64,000 bases of DNA, from NCBI GenBank assembly GCA_046290465.1, contig JBKAGP010000001.1:2016001-2080000 (forward strand). Direction: 5' to 3'. The translations under genes and the position numbers were made by a program. The notes under the pieces were generated by a model. That model had not been told where the DNA came from and searched no databases. It saw only the letters and a program-made list of their open reading frames with translations. The DNA comes from Planctomycetota bacterium (GTDB taxonomy: Bacteria; Planctomycetota; UBA1135; UBA2386). Shown piece by piece: positions 1 through 15,041 of this stretch; position 1 is the first letter of the stretch; each line of letters opens with the position of its first letter.

Positions 1-422
<422 letters not shown>

Positions 423-488
423 TCACGTCGCGAGCGGGGTTTCGGAGAAGGTTGTGTTCGGTTCGGATGCTGTCAGGAACGCGCCGGG

Positions 489-4199
<3,711 letters not shown>

Positions 4200-4742
4200 G
4201 CGGTTCCACCTGACGGTCCCCGGCGAGGGACCAGAGTTCCCCGGTCGCGATCCCGGCTTCGCGCGGTCAGGGGCGACGCGCAGCCAGGAACCAATCGGGG
4301 ACGAGTTTGAAGTGACCTGAACGAAGCAACCAACGACGAACCTGGCGAACCGGTCTCCGGGTTCCGTCCTGCGTCGCTGTCGAGCGACACGTCGGGAATC
4401 CCGGCCTGCGGCGACCGGACCGCCTGCACGAAGCGCGCGTCAGATCCCTGTTCGTTCACGCGGCATGCCGACGAAGCAGCCCACCGAGACCAACCCCCAC
4501 TCGGGGTGATCCAGGCGGGCCCTGCAGACGTCGAGACGCGTGACCGAAGGGACGCTGCCGTGCAGCCGCGTGCAAAAAGTGATCCAACCAGCGGGTCAAA
4601 GCGTAGACGCCCCGGCCACCGCGCCGCAACCGAAAAGTGCGGACGAGGTTCGGGGCGTACCAGCGTTCGGCTCGAGGATCACGCGGCCAGCCGGCTTGCG
4701 CCAGCGGGCCACGTCGATCTCTGGACCACTCCAAGAAGGGCA

Positions 4743-5153
4743 CTAGGAAAGCTCGACCGTAGCGCCGGCTTCCTCGAGCTTCTTCTTGATCTCTTCGGCC
4801 TCGTCCTTCGCCGCGCCTTCCTTGACCGGCTTCGGAGCTTCGTCGACGAGCGCCTTGGCCTCCTTGAGGCCGAGGCCGGTGATCTCACGCACCGCCTTGA
4901 TGACGTTGATCTTCGAGCCGCCGGCGTCCTTGAGGACGACGTTGAACTCGGTCTTCTCTTCGGCGCCACCGCCTTCACCGCCACCACCACCACCGCCAGC
5001 GGCGGCGACGGCGACCGGAGCGGCAGCCGAGACACCCCAGCGATCTTCCATCGCCTTCACGAGCTGGGCGGCCTGGCCCAGGCTCAGGGCGTCAATCTTG
5101 CTGAAGATGTCCTCGAGATCGGCGTCGAGGGTCACGGTTTCATTGTCCGACAT
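4743..5153 (-). CDS. rplL: 50S ribosomal protein L7/L12
   Basis: [10 protein letters not shown]...[24 protein letters not shown]; Ala/Gly hinge; operon position. Confidence 0.98.
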   Translation of the reverse strand: MSDNETVTLDADLEDIFSKIDALSLGQAAQLVKAMEDRWGVSAAAPVAVAAAGGGGGGGEGGGAEEKTEFNVVLKDAGGSKINVIKAVREITGLGLKEAKALVDEAPKPVKEGAAKDEAEEIKKKLEEAGATVELS

Positions 5154-5222
5154 CGGAATAACCTTTGGGGATCTAAGTGCAGGGAGGAGTGGGTAAGGGG
5201 ATCGGGGTAGACGGAGGGCGGA

Positions 5223-5744
5223 TTACTCGCCCTTGTCGACCTTGGCTTGGATGCAGCGGGCCAGACCACCGGCCACTGCGTGGAGGACGCCGGCCATCGA
5301 ACGGGCCGGGCCGCTGATCGCCGTGACGATCTTGGTGTTGATGGTGTCGCGGTCCGGCAGGTCGGCCAGGGCGCTGGCCTGCTCACCGACGTAGGTCTCG
5401 CCTTCGACGATGCCGCCCTTGATGGCGATCGGCATCTCCTTGTTGGCCTTGATGAGGTCGCGGACCATCTTGGCGGCCGCGATCGCACCTTCCTTCTCGG
5501 CGACGGCGATGCCGGTGCGGCCCTTCATGGCCTCCGACATGTCGAGGCCCATCTTGGCGAACGCCTTGGTGGCCAGACGGCTGCGGACGACGCGATACTT
5601 CACGCCGGCTTCGCGGAGCTTGCCGCGCAGCGCGATGTCCTGGTCCGGTTGGACGGCGCCGACTTCGAGTACGACGCACGAGCCCATGTTCTGGAACTCC
5701 TGTTCCAGCTCATCGAGCATGATCTTGTTGACTAGGCTGGGCAT
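5223..5744 (-). CDS. rplJ: 50S ribosomal protein L10
   Basis: 173 aa between rplA and rplL; LRGKLREAGVKYRVV, IKGGIVEG, LADLP motifs. Confidence 0.95.
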   Translation of the reverse strand: MPSLVNKIMLDELEQEFQNMGSCVVLEVGAVQPDQDIALRGKLREAGVKYRVVRSRLATKAFAKMGLDMSEAMKGRTGIAVAEKEGAIAAAKMVRDLIKANKEMPIAIKGGIVEGETYVGEQASALADLPDRDTINTKIVTAISGPARSMAGVLHAVAGGLARCIQAKVDKGE

Positions 5745-5776
5745 TCGATTGCTCCTCTAGTTGGCTCGACCGCGGG

Positions 5777-6463
5777 TTAGTCGACGGCGAGCGCGACGCC
5801 CGGCCCCATCGTGGTGGAAACGACGACCTTCTTGATGAACTCGCCCTTGGCCTGCGCGGGACGCAGGGTGCGAAGGTGTTCGACGAAGGCGGTGAGGTTC
5901 TCGGCGAGGTCGCCCTCGGCGAACGACTTCTTGCCGATGGCGACGTGCACGTTGGCGCCGGAGTCGGTGCGGAACTCGATCTTGCCCGCCTTGAACTCCT
6001 GGACCGCCTGGGCGACGTTCGGCGTCACGGTGCCGGCCTTCGGCGAAGGCATCTTGCCCTGCGGGCCGAGCACCTTACCGAGCTTGCCGACGAACCGCAT
6101 CATGTCCGGGGACGCGATGGTCATGTCGAAGTCGGTGAAGCCCTTCTCGATCTTCTCGGCCAGGTCGGCGGCGCCGACGTAGTCCGCACCGGCGGCCTCG
6201 GCTTCCTTTGCCTTCTCGCCGTCGGCGAACACGGCGATCTTGATCGTCTTGCCGGTGCCCTTCGGCAGGCTGACCGAACCGCGGACCAGCTGGTCCGTCT
6301 TCTTCGGGTCGATGCCGATGCGGATGGCTACGTCGACGCTCTCGTCGAACTTCGGGCCGTTCAGCGACTTGATCAGGGCGATGCCTTCTTCGACCGGGTA
6401 GCGCTTCCCGCTCTCGAGCTTGGTCGCGCTCTCCTGGTAACGGCGGCTGCGGTGGCGAGCCAT
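5777..6463 (-). CDS. rplA: 50S ribosomal protein L1
   Basis: KFDESVD...[13 protein letters not shown]...[16 protein letters not shown]...STTMGPG. Confidence 0.98.
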   Translation of the reverse strand: MARHRSRRYQESATKLESGKRYPVEEGIALIKSLNGPKFDESVDVAIRIGIDPKKTDQLVRGSVSLPKGTGKTIKIAVFADGEKAKEAEAAGADYVGAADLAEKIEKGFTDFDMTIASPDMMRFVGKLGKVLGPQGKMPSPKAGTVTPNVAQAVQEFKAGKIEFRTDSGANVHVAIGKKSFAEGDLAENLTAFVEHLRTLRPAQAKGEFIKKVVVSTTMGPGVALAVD

Positions 6464-6548
6464 GTGTGTTCCTGTTCTTGAGTGGCCTTGGCCGGCGACG
6501 CGAGGCAGATCTGCGTCAGCGGACCGTGTGTGTCAGTGGAGCCGCGAG

Positions 6549-6974
6549 CTAGTCGGCGACCTGGATTCCGCAGGCACGAGCCGTGCCTTCGACCATGCGC
6601 ATCGCGCCCTCGATGTCGACCGCGTTGAGATCCTTCATCTTCATCTCGGCGATCTCCTTGACCTGGTCGCGGGTCACCTTGCCGGCGACCTCACTGCCAG
6701 GGTTGTTCGCGCCCGAATCCAGCTTGGCGGCTTTCTTCAGGAGGACCGCCGCCGGCGGCGATTTGAACTCGAGCGAGAAGCTGCGGTCCTTGTAGACCGA
6801 GATCACGACCGGGATGATCAGGCCCTGCTGCGCACGGGTCTCGTCGTTGAACTGCTTGACGAACTGACCGATGTTGACGCCGTGCTGACCCAGGGCGGGG
6901 CCGACCGGCGGCGCAGGCGTAGCCTGTCCAGCCGGGCACTGCAGCTTGATCTGAGCGGTGACTTCTTTGGCCAT
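6549..6974 (-). CDS. rplK: 50S ribosomal protein L11
   Basis: [35 protein letters not shown]; start moved to ATG 6974, which has GGGAG upstream. Confidence 0.98.
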   Translation of the reverse strand: MAKEVTAQIKLQCPAGQATPAPPVGPALGQHGVNIGQFVKQFNDETRAQQGLIIPVVISVYKDRSFSLEFKSPPAAVLLKKAAKLDSGANNPGSEVAGKVTRDQVKEIAEMKMKDLNAVDIEGAMRMVEGTARACGIQVAD

Positions 6975-6987
6975 TCTTTGATCTCCC

Positions 6988-7023
6988 GCGGTCCTGACGG
7001 ACGTGTCTGGCACGCCCTCCCGC
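6988..7023 (-). promoter_or_regulatory. Putative ribosomal protein L1 autoregulatory binding site in the rplK leader
   Basis: Minus strand reads GCGG-GAG-GGCGTG-CCAGA-CACGTCC-GTCAGGA-CCGC, matching the GGGAG / stem / ACC-C architecture of L1 mRNA targets, just upstream of the rplK RBS. Confidence 0.55.
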
Positions 7024-7166
7024 TGGTAGAGAGTCCCGCTGCTGGCGCCGACCTGGCGCTCCGGGCCGCGGGGAACCCGGATTCCGGCGACCGTTTGGCG
7101 GCAGCCGGAGCCTGATTCGGGACAGGGCCCGATTCAGGGGGCGAAGATTCAAGCAGATCGCTCGGG

Positions 7167-7697
7167 CTAAATCAACTCCACTTCCCAATATCCGAGCGAC
7201 ATCGGGGTCGGACGCCCGAAGAAGTTCACCGAGACGTCGAGCATGCCCTTGTCCGAGTGCACCTCTTCGACGACCGCATCGGTGTTCTCGAACGCGCCGG
7301 TCTTGATCTTGACGCGATCGCCCTTCTTGAACTGGACCGCGACCTTCGGTTGCTCCTGGCTCGCGTTCATCGTGCCGAGCACCTTCTCGACGTCGTCCGG
7401 GTTGGCCGGCGTCGGGGTGGCCTGGCCGCCGACGAAGTCGCCGAAGCCGGGGGTCTCGCGCAGCACGAACCAGACGTCGTCGCTGAGCTCCATCTCGACC
7501 ATCAGGTAGCCGGGGTAGAGCTTCTTGCGCTTGACGACCTTCTTGCCGCCACGGTGATCCTGGATGGTCTCGGTCGGCACGACGATCTGAGGAACCTGCT
7601 CCTCGATGCCGGCCTGCTTGAGGCGGCGGATCATCGCCTGGCGGATCGTGTCCTCACGACCGACCTGGACCCGGAGGAAGTACCACTCGAGAGCCAT
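7167..7697 (-). CDS. nusG: Transcription termination/antitermination factor NusG
   Basis: WYFLRVQVGRE...KLYPGYLMVEM...TPGFGDFVGG, C-terminal KOW and FFGRPTP. Confidence 0.97.
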   Translation of the reverse strand: MALEWYFLRVQVGREDTIRQAMIRRLKQAGIEEQVPQIVVPTETIQDHRGGKKVVKRKKLYPGYLMVEMELSDDVWFVLRETPGFGDFVGGQATPTPANPDDVEKVLGTMNASQEQPKVAVQFKKGDRVKIKTGAFENTDAVVEEVHSDKGMLDVSVNFFGRPTPMSLGYWEVELI

Positions 7698-8134
7698 CAG
7701 GCCCCTCCACCGCCGAGCAGCATCTGCATCACCGACGCCAGCCCCAGGTCACAGGCGAACAGGTAGACGAACAGCACCGCGACCATGACCGCGACCGCCA
7801 TCGTGCCCTGCCAGGTCTCGCCCCAGCTCGGCCACGTGACCTTCTGCATCTCGCCCTCGGTCTCGATCAGCGCATCGGCGATGCGCGGACGGTTGAGGAT
7901 CTGGCGCAGCGCGAAGCCGACGACCAGCCAGACCGCCAGCGCGACGCACGTCGAGGCCTTCAGCGTTCCCAGCAGCGGGAACGGGTCGACGAACGTGGGG
8001 TTGGAGTCCCCCATCCAGAAGTTCAGGTTGTCGGCGAGGCCTCCGCCGTGGAAGCAGCCGTAGCCGACCAGCAGGAAGAGCGCCCAGAAGGCGAACATCC
8101 GGGCGTAACGGCCGTCGTCTTTGCGATAGCTCAC
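7697..8134 (-). CDS. secE: Preprotein translocase subunit SecE (N-terminally extended, multi-TM)
   Basis: LIETEGEMQKVTWPSWGE signature followed by a TM helix; abuts nusG. Confidence 0.93.
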   Translation of the reverse strand: MSYRKDDGRYARMFAFWALFLLVGYGCFHGGGLADNLNFWMGDSNPTFVDPFPLLGTLKASTCVALAVWLVVGFALRQILNRPRIADALIETEGEMQKVTWPSWGETWQGTMAVAVMVAVLFVYLFACDLGLASVMQMLLGGGGA

Positions 8135-8382
8135 GGGTCTTGTATTCCTAGCTGCCCGCGGCGCACGGGATCGGACCGCGCAGGCGCTGCAGACAAACCA
8201 AACTCAGAACTGCGATGCTCTCCCCTCCGACGGAACGTCGGATCGAAGGAGAGCTGGAAAACCGTAGCGGCCGCGGCGCCCGAAGCAAACAGCCTCGCCC
8301 CGAAGGTGCGAGAGGTCGTTCGCGGAACACCACGGCCGGCGAAGGAGACGCCCGGCGATCGGCAACGCCGACCGTCAGGAAG

Positions 8383-8458
8383 TGGCAGGGCAACTAGGAC
8401 TCGAACCCAGAACCTGTTGATTTGGAATCAACTGCACTACCAATTGTGCTATTGCCCT
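8383..8458 (-). tRNA. tRNA-Trp (CCA)
   Basis: AGGGCAATAGCACAATTGGTAGTGCAGTTGATTCCAAATCAACAGGTTCTGGGTTCGAGTCCTAGTTGCCCTGCCA; cloverleaf with encoded CCA end. Confidence 0.97.
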
Positions 8459-8567
8459 CTGCCTGGCGAACGAGGTGGGCAGGCCCACCTCGCGCGCGTC
8501 GTTGTCTCGTCCGGGCGACGTCGACGACACGAGCGTCATCGACACCGACCGGCGCAGATCTTCGATG

Positions 8568-9770
<1,203 letters not shown>

Positions 9771-9839
9771 GGGTCTGGACTCGGTTTTGAAATCGAACGA
9801 TTGGAGCCAGCGCTACCGAGCCTGGACTCCTGCTTGAGA

Positions 9840-9914
9840 TGGAGCTGCTAGTGGGACTTGAACCCACGACCTCCTCCTTACCAAGGAGGTGCTCTACCAC
9901 TGAGCTGTAGCAGC
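9840..9914 (-). tRNA. tRNA-Thr (GGT)
   Basis: GCTGCTACAGCTCAGTGGTAGAGCACCTCCTTGGTAAGGAGGAGGTCGTGGGTTCAAGTCCCACTAGCAGCTCCA. Confidence 0.97.
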
Positions 9915-9973
9915 ATGCGGAAGGAAAGAACGTCTGCCGGGGACGCCCGCCGTACGTGTGGAGCACGCCGGAT

Positions 9974-10047
9974 TGGAGCGGGTGAAGGGAATCGAACCCT
10001 CACAACCAGATTGGAAGTCTGGGACTCTACCGTTGAGCTACACCCGC
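9974..10047 (-). tRNA. tRNA-Gly (TCC)
   Basis: GCGGGTGTAGCTCAACGGTAGAGTCCCAGACTTCCAATCTGGTTGTGAGGGTTCGATTCCCTTCACCCGCTCCA. Confidence 0.97.
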
Positions 10048-10180
10048 AGAGACGGGCGACCACGCACACCGGCAACCGGACGACCGGACCACGAGGGCCC
10101 GACCACTCGGCGCGCCGAGGAGCGAGATCCGACTTGTCATTCGCGTGATCGGGCTCCCTGCCTCGTTAGGCAGGAAGTGC

Positions 10181-10265
10181 TGGTGGGCGAAGCAGGATTC
10201 GAACCTGCGAAGGCAGAGCCATCAGATTTACAGTCTGACCCAGTTGGCCGCTTTGGTATTCGCCC
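10181..10265 (-). tRNA. tRNA-Tyr (GTA)
   Basis: GGGCGAATACCAAAGCGGCCAACTGGGTCAGACTGTAAATCTGATGGCTCTGCCTTCGCAGGTTCGAATCCTGCTTCGCCCACCA; long variable arm. Confidence 0.97.
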
Positions 10266-10332
10266 GGGCTGTCGCTCACGCGCCTCTCCCCCACAACGCT
10301 CTGACGAGCCCTCCTGGCGAGCCCGGCGAATC

Positions 10333-10408
10333 TGGAGCTAGCGACGGGACTTGAACCCGTAACCTCCAGATTACAAATCAGGTGCTCTACCAGTTGAGCT
10401 ACGCTAGC
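10333..10408 (-). tRNA. tRNA-Thr (TGT)
   Basis: GCTAGCGTAGCTCAACTGGTAGAGCACCTGATTTGTAATCTGGAGGTTACGGGTTCAAGTCCCGTCGCTAGCTCCA; one U-U mismatch in the anticodon stem. Confidence 0.95.
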
Positions 10409-10435
10409 AGGTAGCTGCGGCGGAAAGGACGGAGG

Positions 10436-10463
10436 ACGATACCGACGCCCCAGGGCAGTTCAA
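10436..10463 (-). promoter_or_regulatory. Putative sigma70 promoter of the tRNA-tuf operon
   Basis: TTGAAC-N16-TATCGT about 27 nt upstream of the first tRNA, with an A-tract further upstream. Confidence 0.5.
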
Positions 10464-10531
10464 GCGTGGCAGGGCGCATTTTTTGCGCCGCGACAAGCAG
10501 TTTCGTCGACGCGAGGCGCCGGCGTGCACGG

Positions 10532-11092
10532 CTACAGCTCGCAGGCGCGCCCGTTCGAGGCATCGCCCGAACCGCCCGAATCCCCGTCTGCATGGCCTCG
10601 GTCCAGATGGCCGCCATCGGCAGGCCCACTACGGGCAGGCCCACTGCCAGGCCTACTGCCGGCAGGCCCCGCCTGCGTCCGGCCCGCTCCGTCCGCGGCG
10701 GCACCGCTGCCATCGCCGCCGGCCGCCTGGCGGCCCGCTGCCGCCAGGCGCCGGACGTTGGCGGCGAACGCGAGCAGATCGAACGGCTTGCGCAGGACCT
10801 CGCGCACGAACGGCATCGTGCGCAGTTGCGCCTCGATCCGCTGGTCGAGGTAGCCGGAGATCACGATGACCTGGGGCGGCGCCGCGAGGTCGCGCAGCGA
10901 CTCGAGCACCTCGAGGCCGGAGGCGCCGGGCATGTCGAGGTCGCAGACCAGCACGCGCAGGCCGGGTTCGCGCGCCTGCCGGCGGGCGTCGTCGCCGTCG
11001 TAGGCGTGGCTCGCGCGCAGACCGGACTGCAGCAGGACCTCCGTCAGGAGGCCGCTGACAGCCCGGTCGTTGTCTGCGATCAACACCGACAT
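10532..11092 (-). CDS. Single-domain response regulator (CheY-like receiver) with a low-complexity tail
   Basis: MSVLIADND...VLVCDLDMPGASGLEVL...VIVISG...LRKPFD; true start is internal to the 710-aa ORF. Confidence 0.88.
   Translation of the reverse strand: MSVLIADNDRAVSGLLTEVLLQSGLRASHAYDGDDARRQAREPGLRVLVCDLDMPGASGLEVLESLRDLAAPPQVIVISGYLDQRIEAQLRTMPFVREVLRKPFDLLAFAANVRRLAAAGRQAAGGDGSGAAADGAGRTQAGPAGSRPGSGPARSGPADGGHLDRGHADGDSGGSGDASNGRACEL
10620..10672. repeat. Four degenerate short tandem repeats (CAGGCCCACT-like)
   Basis: gcaggcccactacgg gcaggcccactgc caggcctactgccg gcaggccccgc, within the regulator tail. Confidence 0.5.
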
Positions 11093-11166
11093 GCCGAGCA
11101 GAGTAACGCGGCGAACCGCCTTCCGAAAATCGAATCCTGGTCCCAGCGGCGTCCCGTCCGACACGG

Positions 11167-13233
11167 TCAACCGTGCGGGTCGATCGGCTGCAGCCAGGAG
11201 ACGTCCTCGAACGGCACGTCCATCTTGACCTTGCCGTAGTCGACCACGACCTGCTCGCGCACCTTGTCGACCTTGCGCACCGAGCAGAGCCGCCCCCACC
11301 GGGGCAGGAATACCTGGTCGCCCTTCTTCAGCCGGTGGCAGAACGCCATCCGGCGCCGGTGCAGCGCGGCGTTCTTCAGCAGCCCGTCGGCGACCTTCTT
11401 GAGCCCGCGGGCCCGCTCGCCGTGCTGGCCGGGCGCCTGGGTCAGCCTGGTCAGGTCGTCGATGATCGCGGCGTGCGCCTTGCGCAGCTCGGCCTCGACG
11501 ACGCCGTCGGCCTCCTCCTGCAGCCAGTTCTCCTTCTTCTGCGCCTCGGCGAGCTTCGACTCGAGCTCGCTCTCGCGCTTCTCGACCACGCGCGAACGGT
11601 CGGCCGTGCGCTGGCGGTCCTGTTCGGCGTCGCGACGCGCGACCTGCACCCGCTGGATCAGGTTGTCGAGCGTCTGGTCCCGCTTGCCGAGCAGCTGCCG
11701 GGCGCGGTCGACGATCGCCGTCGGCATGCCGACCCGCGCCGAGATGTCGAGCGCGTGGCTGTTGCCCGGAATGCCGAGGTCGAGCCGGTAGAGCGGCCGC
11801 AGCGTGTCGCCGTCGAAGGCCATCGAGCCGTTCTCGGCACCGGGATGCTGGTAGGCGAAGTCCTTGAGGCGACCGAGGTGGGTCGTGACCACCGCGAACA
11901 CGCGCGCCTCGACCAGCGCTTCGAGCACCGCGTAGCCGAGCACCGCGCCCTCCTCGGGGTCGGTGCCGGCGCCGAGCTCGTCGAGCAGCACCAGCGCGTC
12001 CGGAGCGGCGTGCTGCACGCAGCGCGCGATCCGCTGCACGTGCGAACTGAACGTCGACAGGTTCTGCGCGATCGCCTGCTCGTCGCCGATGTCGGCCTGC
12101 ACCGCCGTCAAGAACGGCACCTGCGCGCCTTCGTCGGCGGGCACCGGCACGCCGCTGATCGCCATCAGCGACAACAGGCCGATGGTCTTGAGCACGACCG
12201 TCTTGCCGCCGGTGTTCGGGCCGGTCACGACCAGCAGGTGGTGCGGATCGCCGAGCGCGATGTCGAGCGGCACGATGTCCTCCTTGGGCTGCGTCTGCAG
12301 CAGCAGCGGGTGGCGGGCGCCGCGCAGCCGCAGCGAGCCGTTCGGCACCACCTCGGGGACCACGTAGCCGTCCTCGATGCACAGCTGCGCGCAGGCCTGC
12401 AGCAGGTCGGCGGCAGCGACGAACTCGACGCCGGCGGTGACCTCTGGGCCGTAGCGACGCAGGCCGCGGGCGGCGTCGGCCAGCACGACGTTGATCTCGC
12501 GGTGCTCGGCCGCCTGCGCATCGGACAGCCGGTTGGCCACCTCGACCACCGCTTCCGGCTCGACGAACAGCGTCGCGCCCGACGTGCTGCGGTCGTGCAG
12601 CACCCCGCGCACGCGCTGGCGGTAGTCGGCCTTGACCTGCAGCACCGGCCGACCATTGCGCCACGACGGCTCGGGCGCCTGCAGGCAGCGGCGCACGTCG
12701 GCGCTCGCCAGCACGCCGGACATCGCGGCCTCGACGGCGCGCTTGTGCCGTTCGATCTCCCGGCGCAGTTCACGCAGCTTCGCCGAGGCCGAGTCCAGCA
12801 CCTCGCCGCGGTCGTCGACGATCTGCTCCAGCTCCTGGACCAGGTCCTCGAGGTCCGGCGCCGGCCGCGCGAACCGGGCCAGCGGGTCGGGCGAGGCCAG
12901 GCACCAGCGGCGGCAGCGTTCGGCCGTTCGCAGCACGCGCTTCAGGTCGGCCGCGTCGCGGGCCTGGAACGAATGCTCACCGGCGAAGAACCGGTCGAGC
13001 CACGAACGCACCTCGACCGAGCCGCTCAGCGGCAGCGGCGCGCCGCCGTCCATCTTGGCCGCCAGCGCCGAGACCGCGGCCAGCCGGTCGGTCGCCTCGG
13101 CCGCGGTCGCGGCGGGCTCGAGGCCGTCGACCGCGGTGCGGCCGAGCGGCGTGATCAGCTTGCCGGTGAGCAGCGCGCGCACCGCCTGGAACTCCAGGGC
13201 GGTGGTGTCGAAGGACTCCTTGGGCTCGGACAT
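11167..13233 (-). CDS. mutS2: MutS2-family ATPase lacking the C-terminal Smr domain
   Basis: LHDRSTSGATLFVEP, TGPNTGGKT Walker A, DIGDEQAIAQNLSTFSSH, LLDELGAGTDPEEG; coiled coil then KOW-like end. Confidence 0.92.
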   Translation of the reverse strand: MSEPKESFDTTALEFQAVRALLTGKLITPLGRTAVDGLEPAATAAEATDRLAAVSALAAKMDGGAPLPLSGSVEVRSWLDRFFAGEHSFQARDAADLKRVLRTAERCRRWCLASPDPLARFARPAPDLEDLVQELEQIVDDRGEVLDSASAKLRELRREIERHKRAVEAAMSGVLASADVRRCLQAPEPSWRNGRPVLQVKADYRQRVRGVLHDRSTSGATLFVEPEAVVEVANRLSDAQAAEHREINVVLADAARGLRRYGPEVTAGVEFVAAADLLQACAQLCIEDGYVVPEVVPNGSLRLRGARHPLLLQTQPKEDIVPLDIALGDPHHLLVVTGPNTGGKTVVLKTIGLLSLMAISGVPVPADEGAQVPFLTAVQADIGDEQAIAQNLSTFSSHVQRIARCVQHAAPDALVLLDELGAGTDPEEGAVLGYAVLEALVEARVFAVVTTHLGRLKDFAYQHPGAENGSMAFDGDTLRPLYRLDLGIPGNSHALDISARVGMPTAIVDRARQLLGKRDQTLDNLIQRVQVARRDAEQDRQRTADRSRVVEKRESELESKLAEAQKKENWLQEEADGVVEAELRKAHAAIIDDLTRLTQAPGQHGERARGLKKVADGLLKNAALHRRRMAFCHRLKKGDQVFLPRWGRLCSVRKVDKVREQVVVDYGKVKMDVPFEDVSWLQPIDPHG

Positions 13234-13283
13234 CGGGCAGAACATGTTGCCGCCTCGCGCCGACTTGTAAACTCGCTGCCCGA

Positions 13284-14450
13284 ATGAACAGCGACCGCAA
13301 GACCGGTTTCGGCACCAAGGCGATCCACGCCGGCCAATCCCCCGACCCCAGCACCGGCGCCATCATGACGCCGGTCTACATGACCAGCACCTACGTGCAG
13401 GAGGAGCCGGCGGTCACCAAGGGCTACGACTACAGCCGTTCGGGCAACCCGACGCGCACCGCGCTCGAGGGCAACCTCGCCGGCCTCGAGGGCGGCAAGC
13501 ACGGCCTCGGCTTCGCGTCCGGGATGGCGGCGATCACCTGCGTGATGAACCTGCTGAAGTCCGGCGACCACGTGATCGCCGGCAACGACCTCTACGGCGG
13601 CACCTACCGGCTGCTGCGCACGGTCTACGAGAAGTTCGGCGTCGAGACGACCCTGGTCGACATGACTGACCTGTCGCAGCTCGAGGCCGCGTTCCGCCCC
13701 AACACGGCGCTGGTCATGCTCGAGACGCCGACCAACCCGCTGCTGCGCTGCTGCGACCTCGAGGCGATCGCGGCGATCGCGCGACAGAAGGGCGCGCTGA
13801 CGATGGCCGACAACACGTTCGCGACGCCGTACCTGCAGCAGCCGCTGGCGCTGGGCTGCGACATCGTGATCCACTCGACGACGAAGTACCTCGGCGGCCA
13901 CAGCGACGTCGTCGGCGGCGCGTCGATCTGCAACGACGACGAACTGCAGCAGCGGCTGCAGCACTTCCAGAACAGCTGCGGCGGCACGCCCGGCCCGATG
14001 GACTCGTTCCTGACGCTGCGCGGCACCAAGACGCTGCACGTGCGCATGGACCGCCACTGCGACAACGCCGAGCGCGTCGCCGACTACCTCGCCGGCCACG
14101 ACAAGGTCGCGCGCGTGCACTACCCCGGCATGTCCGAGCACCCGCAGCACGCGATCGCGGCCAAGCAGATGAAGCGCTTCGGCGGCATGGTCTCGGTCGA
14201 GCTGAAGGCGAGCCTCGAGCAGGCGCGCAAGATGATGAGCTCGTTCGAGGTGTTCTCGCTGGCCGAGAGCCTCGGCGGCGTCGAGAGCCTGGTGGACCAC
14301 CCGGCGTCGATGACGCACGCGTCGATCCCGGCGGAGGAGCGGCGAGCCGCCGGCTTGGAGGACGGCCTGATCCGGCTGTCCGTCGGCATCGAGGATGGCG
14401 ACGATCTGATCGCCGATCTCGAGCAGGCGATCGCGCGCGCGATCGCGTGA
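13284..14450 (+). CDS. Cystathionine gamma-synthase/gamma-lyase (PLP-dependent Cys/Met metabolism family)
   Basis: YSRSGNPT, FASGMAAI, ETPTNP, DNTFATP, HSTTKYLGGHSD, AESLGGVESL. Confidence 0.95.
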   Translation: MNSDRKTGFGTKAIHAGQSPDPSTGAIMTPVYMTSTYVQEEPAVTKGYDYSRSGNPTRTALEGNLAGLEGGKHGLGFASGMAAITCVMNLLKSGDHVIAGNDLYGGTYRLLRTVYEKFGVETTLVDMTDLSQLEAAFRPNTALVMLETPTNPLLRCCDLEAIAAIARQKGALTMADNTFATPYLQQPLALGCDIVIHSTTKYLGGHSDVVGGASICNDDELQQRLQHFQNSCGGTPGPMDSFLTLRGTKTLHVRMDRHCDNAERVADYLAGHDKVARVHYPGMSEHPQHAIAAKQMKRFGGMVSVELKASLEQARKMMSSFEVFSLAESLGGVESLVDHPASMTHASIPAEERRAAGLEDGLIRLSVGIEDGDDLIADLEQAIARAIA

Positions 14451-14555
14451 AGCAGGGAACGACCGTGACGCCGAGGCGCGAACCTACCCAGGATGGTTCG
14501 CGCGGCCACGGTCCGTACCGTCGGATCCAGGGGGCGAGCCCTGGCGCCGCGGTCG

Positions 14556-14954
14556 CTACGCGTGGCCCTGTGCTTCGTTGTTGTTGGGGTTGGGGTTGCC
14601 GGGCGGCGGCGACGTCGCGGCGCGCGGCTGCGGCGCATCGTCGTCGTCCATCGAGATGTCGCCGCAGTCTTCGCCCGACACCTTCTTGCGCATCAGGCGG
14701 CCGACCTTGAACTTCACGATTCGCTTGGCCGGGACCGGCACCTTCTCGAGCGTGCGCGGGTTCTGCGCGAGCCGGGCCGCGCGTTCGCGCGACTCGAAGA
14801 CGCCGAACTCGCGGAACTCCAAACGGTTGCCTTCTGCGAGTTCGTCGATGATGGCGTTGAGGAAGGATTGGATGACATCCTTCGCAACGACCTTGGTCAC
14901 CCCGGTCTGTTCCGCGATCCGGTGCACCAGCTCTTTCTTGGTGACGGTCTTCAC
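14556..14954 (-). CDS. Integration host factor / HU family DNA-binding protein
   Basis: GTG start with AGGAGG RBS; TKKELVHRIA...LEFREFGVF...ARLAQNPRT.EKV.VPAKRIVKFK. Confidence 0.93.
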   Translation of the reverse strand: MKTVTKKELVHRIAEQTGVTKVVAKDVIQSFLNAIIDELAEGNRLEFREFGVFESRERAARLAQNPRTLEKVPVPAKRIVKFKVGRLMRKKVSGEDCGDISMDDDDAPQPRAATSPPPGNPNPNNNEAQGHA

Positions 14955-15041
14955 CTTTGCCTCCTGGGTAGTAGGACGCGCGACCGCCGCGGTCGCGCGC
15001 GCGTGCATCAAGTCACGACGAAATATACTGTTGCGAACACG

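Noticed and set aside
8135..8567. Expected rpmG (L33) between tuf and secE
   Set aside because: No L33-like ORF on either side of tRNA-Trp.
9801..9835. TGGAGCCAGCG resembling a tRNA 3' end
   Set aside because: No T-loop or cloverleaf; too short to call a remnant.
14493..15041. N-terminal 183 aa of the 428-aa kinase ORF
   Set aside because: Overlaps the IHF/HU gene on the opposite strand; the real start is likely at or after 15042.
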